Source: Promethearchaeia archaeon
Lineage (GTDB): Archaea; Asgardarchaeota; Lokiarchaeia; Sigyniarchaeales; SOKP01
Length of the DNA: 10,473 nt
Assembly (NCBI GenBank): GCA_029856045.1
Contig: JAHQWG010000004.1
Span: forward strand, 1 to 10,473
Direction of reading: 5' to 3'
Shown: one piece after another, positions 6,991 to 10,473 of the stretch
How the letters are laid out: each line of letters opens with the position of its first letter
Numbering within the stretch: position 1 is the stretch's first letter
The notes under the pieces: model-generated
Databases searched by the model: none
The model's input: the letters and a program-made list of their open reading frames with translations, nothing else
Told to the model about the DNA's origin: nothing
Made by a program: the position numbers and the translations under genes

Positions 6991-8440
6991 AAAATTGCAT
7001 TTTTTCTAATTTTTCTTTTAATAGATTTTGCTTATCATCATTATTTAGATTTATATATATCTTTAATGCATTTTCCAAGTGAAAAACAGCACTATCATTT
7101 GATCCAAGTTTTTCATAAATAATAGCTAATTTTTCATACACCTCAGCTGATTCTTTTAAATAATTATTCGCTATGTATAAATCTAATGATTGCTCGAGAT
7201 AATTAATCGCCGAATCATTAGCATCGCAAATTTGGAAAAGTATATCAGCAACTTTAGTTTTAATTTCTGCTTGTTTAATTTCATTACCAATATTGCCATA
7301 AGTTTTTTCAGCTTTTTGATAATATAACAAAGAATTATTGTCTTCACCATTAAGGAAATAGAAGTTAGCTATATCTTCTAAGATAACAGCTTCTTCTGCT
7401 TTCGGCCCCAATTTGAATACATTAATTGAATTTAAGGATAATTCTAAATTTTTTTTTGCTAAATCATTTTGATTCCATACTAGATTAATCAATCCTAAGA
7501 ATCTATAATTTTCCCAATTTAATTTGGCTTTTTTAAATTCCCCAATCTCATTTTCAATTGTACCGATAAGATTTTGGGAGATTTCAATATAACTTGTGGC
7601 CAGCTTATAATAGTTCTTTCCTAAAAGAAAATAAAGTTTCCCAAATTTTGAATTTGCAATAATTTCTCCAATAATATCATTGTGATCTCTAAAATATTGC
7701 ATATTTTCAGTTAAAGCCTTATACGATTGAGGAAAATTATTTAATTTAAAATATATTTCAATTAAATTACTTGTAGTTTGCCTATATTCATTATGAAATT
7801 TATTTTCTTTACATATATTATGAGCTTTACTATAATATTCATAAGCCAATTCGATATTTTGCAATGTTATATGGACATTTCCCACATTATTGAGCACCTT
7901 TACATAATTTAAATTATCTCCAATTTTATTAAATATCTCAAGAGAATTTTCATAATTGTTTAAAGAATCATCTAAATAGCCAAGATCCTCATAAATTAAA
8001 CCTAAATCATTGTAAATTTGGGCAACTTTTTCTTGATTTCCTTCATTTTTGAATATTTCTAATACTATTTCAAATAATTTTGATGCATTACTTAGATCTC
8101 TATTTAAATAATAGAAGGTTGCCTTTTCAATCAATAATTCGTTAACATCTTCTCCAAATTGTTGTTTATTGTTTATTTCTATATCAATATCAGCAATCTT
8201 TTGCTCGAACTCTAAATTTGTAAAAGATCTCTCTTTTTCCTCAGAAATTGACAATAATTGGGCGAAATCTAATGATTCGTATAAATAATCCATCTCAATT
8301 TTATCTAACTCAAAATTAAAATTGTTTGAGTCTGAAATATGATCTAAACCTGAAATTAGCGGTTTTCCACAATTATAACAGAATTTTGCACCCTTTTCTA
8401 TTTCCAAACCGCAATGCGGGCAAATATTATAATCAATCAT
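6989..8440 (-). CDS. Zinc-ribbon plus tetratricopeptide repeat protein
   Basis: N-terminal CPHCG-x7-FCYNCG zinc ribbon. About 8-9 TPR-like repeats of ~40 aa, e.g. AQIYNDLGLIYEDLGYLDDSLNNYENSLEI, VKVLNNVGNVH, AEVYEKLAIIYEKLG..SAVFHLENALKI. Confidence 0.92.
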   Translation of the reverse strand: MIDYNICPHCGLEIEKGAKFCYNCGKPLISGLDHISDSNNFNFELDKIEMDYLYESLDFAQLLSISEEKERSFTNLEFEQKIADIDIEINNKQQFGEDVNELLIEKATFYYLNRDLSNASKLFEIVLEIFKNEGNQEKVAQIYNDLGLIYEDLGYLDDSLNNYENSLEIFNKIGDNLNYVKVLNNVGNVHITLQNIELAYEYYSKAHNICKENKFHNEYRQTTSNLIEIYFKLNNFPQSYKALTENMQYFRDHNDIIGEIIANSKFGKLYFLLGKNYYKLATSYIEISQNLIGTIENEIGEFKKAKLNWENYRFLGLINLVWNQNDLAKKNLELSLNSINVFKLGPKAEEAVILEDIANFYFLNGEDNNSLLYYQKAEKTYGNIGNEIKQAEIKTKVADILFQICDANDSAINYLEQSLDLYIANNYLKESAEVYEKLAIIYEKLGSNDSAVFHLENALKIYINLNNDDKQNLLKEKLEKMQF

Positions 8441-8471
8441 TTTATATTTTCAAAAGAAAAAGAATAATTAG

Positions 8472-8481
8472 AAAAAAAAAA
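8472..8481 (-). terminator. U10 tract downstream of the surface protein gene
   Basis: A10 on the plus strand (T10 on minus), about 17 nt after the stop codon at 8499. Confidence 0.45.
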
Positions 8482-8498
8482 GAAATAATTATATTTAA

Positions 8499-10472
8499 CT
8501 ATTTACTGACAGCTTTTAACTTTTTTATAATTACTATTGCTATAATAACTCCTGCACCCGCAACTAGGGCTGAAATAACAATGGTCAATATGATTGAATC
8601 AAAAGGAAAATCTTCACCAATTTTTTCTACAGTAGCAGGATCTACTGCAAGTTCTAATTCGTAATCTACATTTTCATATCCTGTAGCTGAAACAGTAACT
8701 TTTAATAATATTGGATCATCACCAAGAGATACTAAAATCGGAGTTAGAGAGATTTTATATAGTCCATTTCCAATTTCTATAACGTTCGATGAGACATCAG
8801 TACCATCCCACCATATTTGAATTGTTGCACCCTCAATTCCTTGACCACTCGCATTATACACAGAAAATGTTATATTAAAAACCTCTGTTGAGAAGGTTTG
8901 GTCTAAAAACTTTAAATAAATCAAATTTGATGTCTCACATGGTTCACATGGTTCCTCAGCAATATGTGTTTCAAAATATTTCCCAGTGAAACCTGCTGCA
9001 TTAATTGTCATGTTCAATAATATTGGATCTCCACCATGAACCACAAATATGGGATCTAAAGAGATTTTATACTGTCCGTTTCCAACTTCAACAACGCTCA
9101 ACGAGACATCGGTTCCATCCCACCATATTTGAATTGTTGCACCCTCAATTCCTTGACCACTCGCACTTGCATTATATACATAAAACGTTATATTGAATGT
9201 ATCTTTTGAAAATGATTGGTTTATAATATCTATATCTAATAAATTAATAATAGGTAAATAAATGTCTTTTCTAACTATTACTTCTGCAAAGCCAATATTA
9301 CCTGCTGTATCATTTGCGTAAAATGTTATTGTTACTGATACATTTCCAAAATAATCCCATGCAGCTTGATTTATTGTATTATTCGAAAGAAAGGTAAAAT
9401 TAGTATTTCCTCCATCAATAGTATACCAAGTTGTATTTATATCTGATTTAAGGTCTGTTATCTCTATATTAAAAGTTGGGGCTATTCTTCCAATAATTTC
9501 ATTTTGACTTGGTGAGTTTATCTGGATAGAAGGTGATATTTTATCTAAACCTAATAGTATTGACACGTCATTACCCAAATAATTTGCAGTTACAATATCG
9601 TTGAGTCCATCATTATTGGCATCTCCTACAAACACATCTCCAGGATTATTTCCAACTGATTTTTTGATTTGAGGATTCCAATTAGCGGAAGTTGCGTTCC
9701 ACATAATTATTGACACATCAGTACCCCCAGTATTTGCAGTTACAATATCTTTGAGTCCATCATTGTTTGTATCTCCTATAAAAAGACCATAAGGCATACT
9801 TCCAACTTCTTTTTTAATTTGAGGATCCCAATTAGAGGAACTTGTGTTCCAAAGAAAAATTGAAATATTATTGTGACCAGAATTTGTAATCGCAATATCA
9901 TTTTTACCATCGTTATTGGCATCTCCTATGAAAATACCCCAAGGCATAGACCCTACAGATCTCTTAATTTGTGTATCCCAATCACTAGCACCGCTGTTCC
10001 ATAATAGTATTGAAATATTATTATCACCATAATTTGAAGTCACAATATCATTGAATCCGTCATTATTGGCATCTCCTACGAATACAATTTTAGGTTCATC
10101 TCCAACTGATCTTGTAATTTGTGAATCCCAATCTCCAGCACCATTATTCCATAATAGTATTGAAACATTATCATCTTCAGTATTTGCAGTTATAATATCG
10201 TTATATCCATCATTATCCGCATCCCCTACAAACACGCCTACAGGATTAAATCCTACTGATTTTGTAATTTGTGCATCCCAATCACCAGCACCATTATTCC
10301 ATAATAGTATTGAAACATCTTGACTAAAACCATTTGTAGTTACGATATCGTTATATCCATCATTATTGGCATCTCCTATAAACACACTTGTAGGGGAAGT
10401 TCCTACTGATTTTGTAATTTGTGTATCCCAATTACTCAAAGTTGTATTCCATAGAATTATAGAGACATTATT
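8499..10472 (-). CDS. Large cell-surface protein (5' truncated by the window): FG-GAP/VCBS-like beta-propeller repeats, Ig-like domain, two duplicated beta-rich domains, C-terminal TM anchor
   Basis: The frame stays open beyond the ORF-track TTG at 10439 to the window edge (NNVSIILWNTT-LSNWD, the tail of another repeat). Six GD[AT][ND]NDGxxDI repeats, many N-x-S/T sequons, and a TM segment at 8526-8597 followed by KKLKAVSK. Confidence 0.93.
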   Translation of the reverse strand, partial: NNVSIILWNTTLSNWDTQITKSVGTSPTSVFIGDANNDGYNDIVTTNGFSQDVSILLWNNGAGDWDAQITKSVGFNPVGVFVGDADNDGYNDIITANTEDDNVSILLWNNGAGDWDSQITRSVGDEPKIVFVGDANNDGFNDIVTSNYGDNNISILLWNSGASDWDTQIKRSVGSMPWGIFIGDANNDGKNDIAITNSGHNNISIFLWNTSSSNWDPQIKKEVGSMPYGLFIGDTNNDGLKDIVTANTGGTDVSIIMWNATSANWNPQIKKSVGNNPGDVFVGDANNDGLNDIVTANYLGNDVSILLGLDKISPSIQINSPSQNEIIGRIAPTFNIEITDLKSDINTTWYTIDGGNTNFTFLSNNTINQAAWDYFGNVSVTITFYANDTAGNIGFAEVIVRKDIYLPIINLLDIDIINQSFSKDTFNITFYVYNASASGQGIEGATIQIWWDGTDVSLSVVEVGNGQYKISLDPIFVVHGGDPILLNMTINAAGFTGKYFETHIAEEPCEPCETSNLIYLKFLDQTFSTEVFNITFSVYNASGQGIEGATIQIWWDGTDVSSNVIEIGNGLYKISLTPILVSLGDDPILLKVTVSATGYENVDYELELAVDPATVEKIGEDFPFDSIILTIVISALVAGAGVIIAIVIIKKLKAVSK
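8638..9237 (-). repeat. Intragenic duplicated ~96-aa domain (two copies)
   Basis: Both copies carry FNITFxVYNAS..GQGIEGATIQIWWDGTDVS..V.E.GNG.YKISL.PI.V..G.DPILL. There are 51 bp of perfect DNA identity at 8803-8853 and 9115-9165. Confidence 0.95.
9549..10472 (-). repeat. Intragenic 150-bp (50-aa) tandem repeats, at least 6 complete or near-complete units
   Basis: Units start at 10430, 10280, 10130, 9980, 9830 and 9680. Consensus WDxQIxxSVGxxPxxVFxGDANNDGxNDIVTxNxxxxxVSILLWNxxxxx, with no indels between units. Confidence 0.96.
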
Positions 10473-10473
10473 A

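Noticed and set aside
8326-10323. Plus-strand ORFs 8326-8664, 9005-9196 and 10051-10323
   Set aside because: Antisense to well-supported genes. Their repeats merely mirror the coding repeats.
10437-10439. ORF-track TTG start of the surface protein
   Set aside because: The frame is open to the window edge and continues the repeat pattern, and no signal peptide follows the TTG.

Overview
A very AT-rich, gene-dense window that looks archaeal, most likely Asgard/Lokiarchaeia. That assignment is inferred from the alpha2-type GlyRS, TATA-like and U-tract intergenic signals, and the style of the membrane and surface proteins. Gene order: (1) the 5' end of a membrane-anchored or secreted protein on the minus strand that the ORF track missed, preceded by a 36-bp tandem duplication; (2) glyS with unusual motif variants; (3) four plus-strand genes: a stand-alone 7TM protein, a 551-aa coiled-coil protein, a GNAT acetyltransferase and a membrane acyltransferase of the DUF1624/HGSNAT/acyltransferase-3 type; (4) a convergent zinc-ribbon/TPR protein; (5) the 3' part of a large surface protein with FG-GAP/VCBS-like Ca-binding repeats, Ig-like domains and a C-terminal TM anchor. 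I found no RNA genes, CRISPR arrays or mobile elements.
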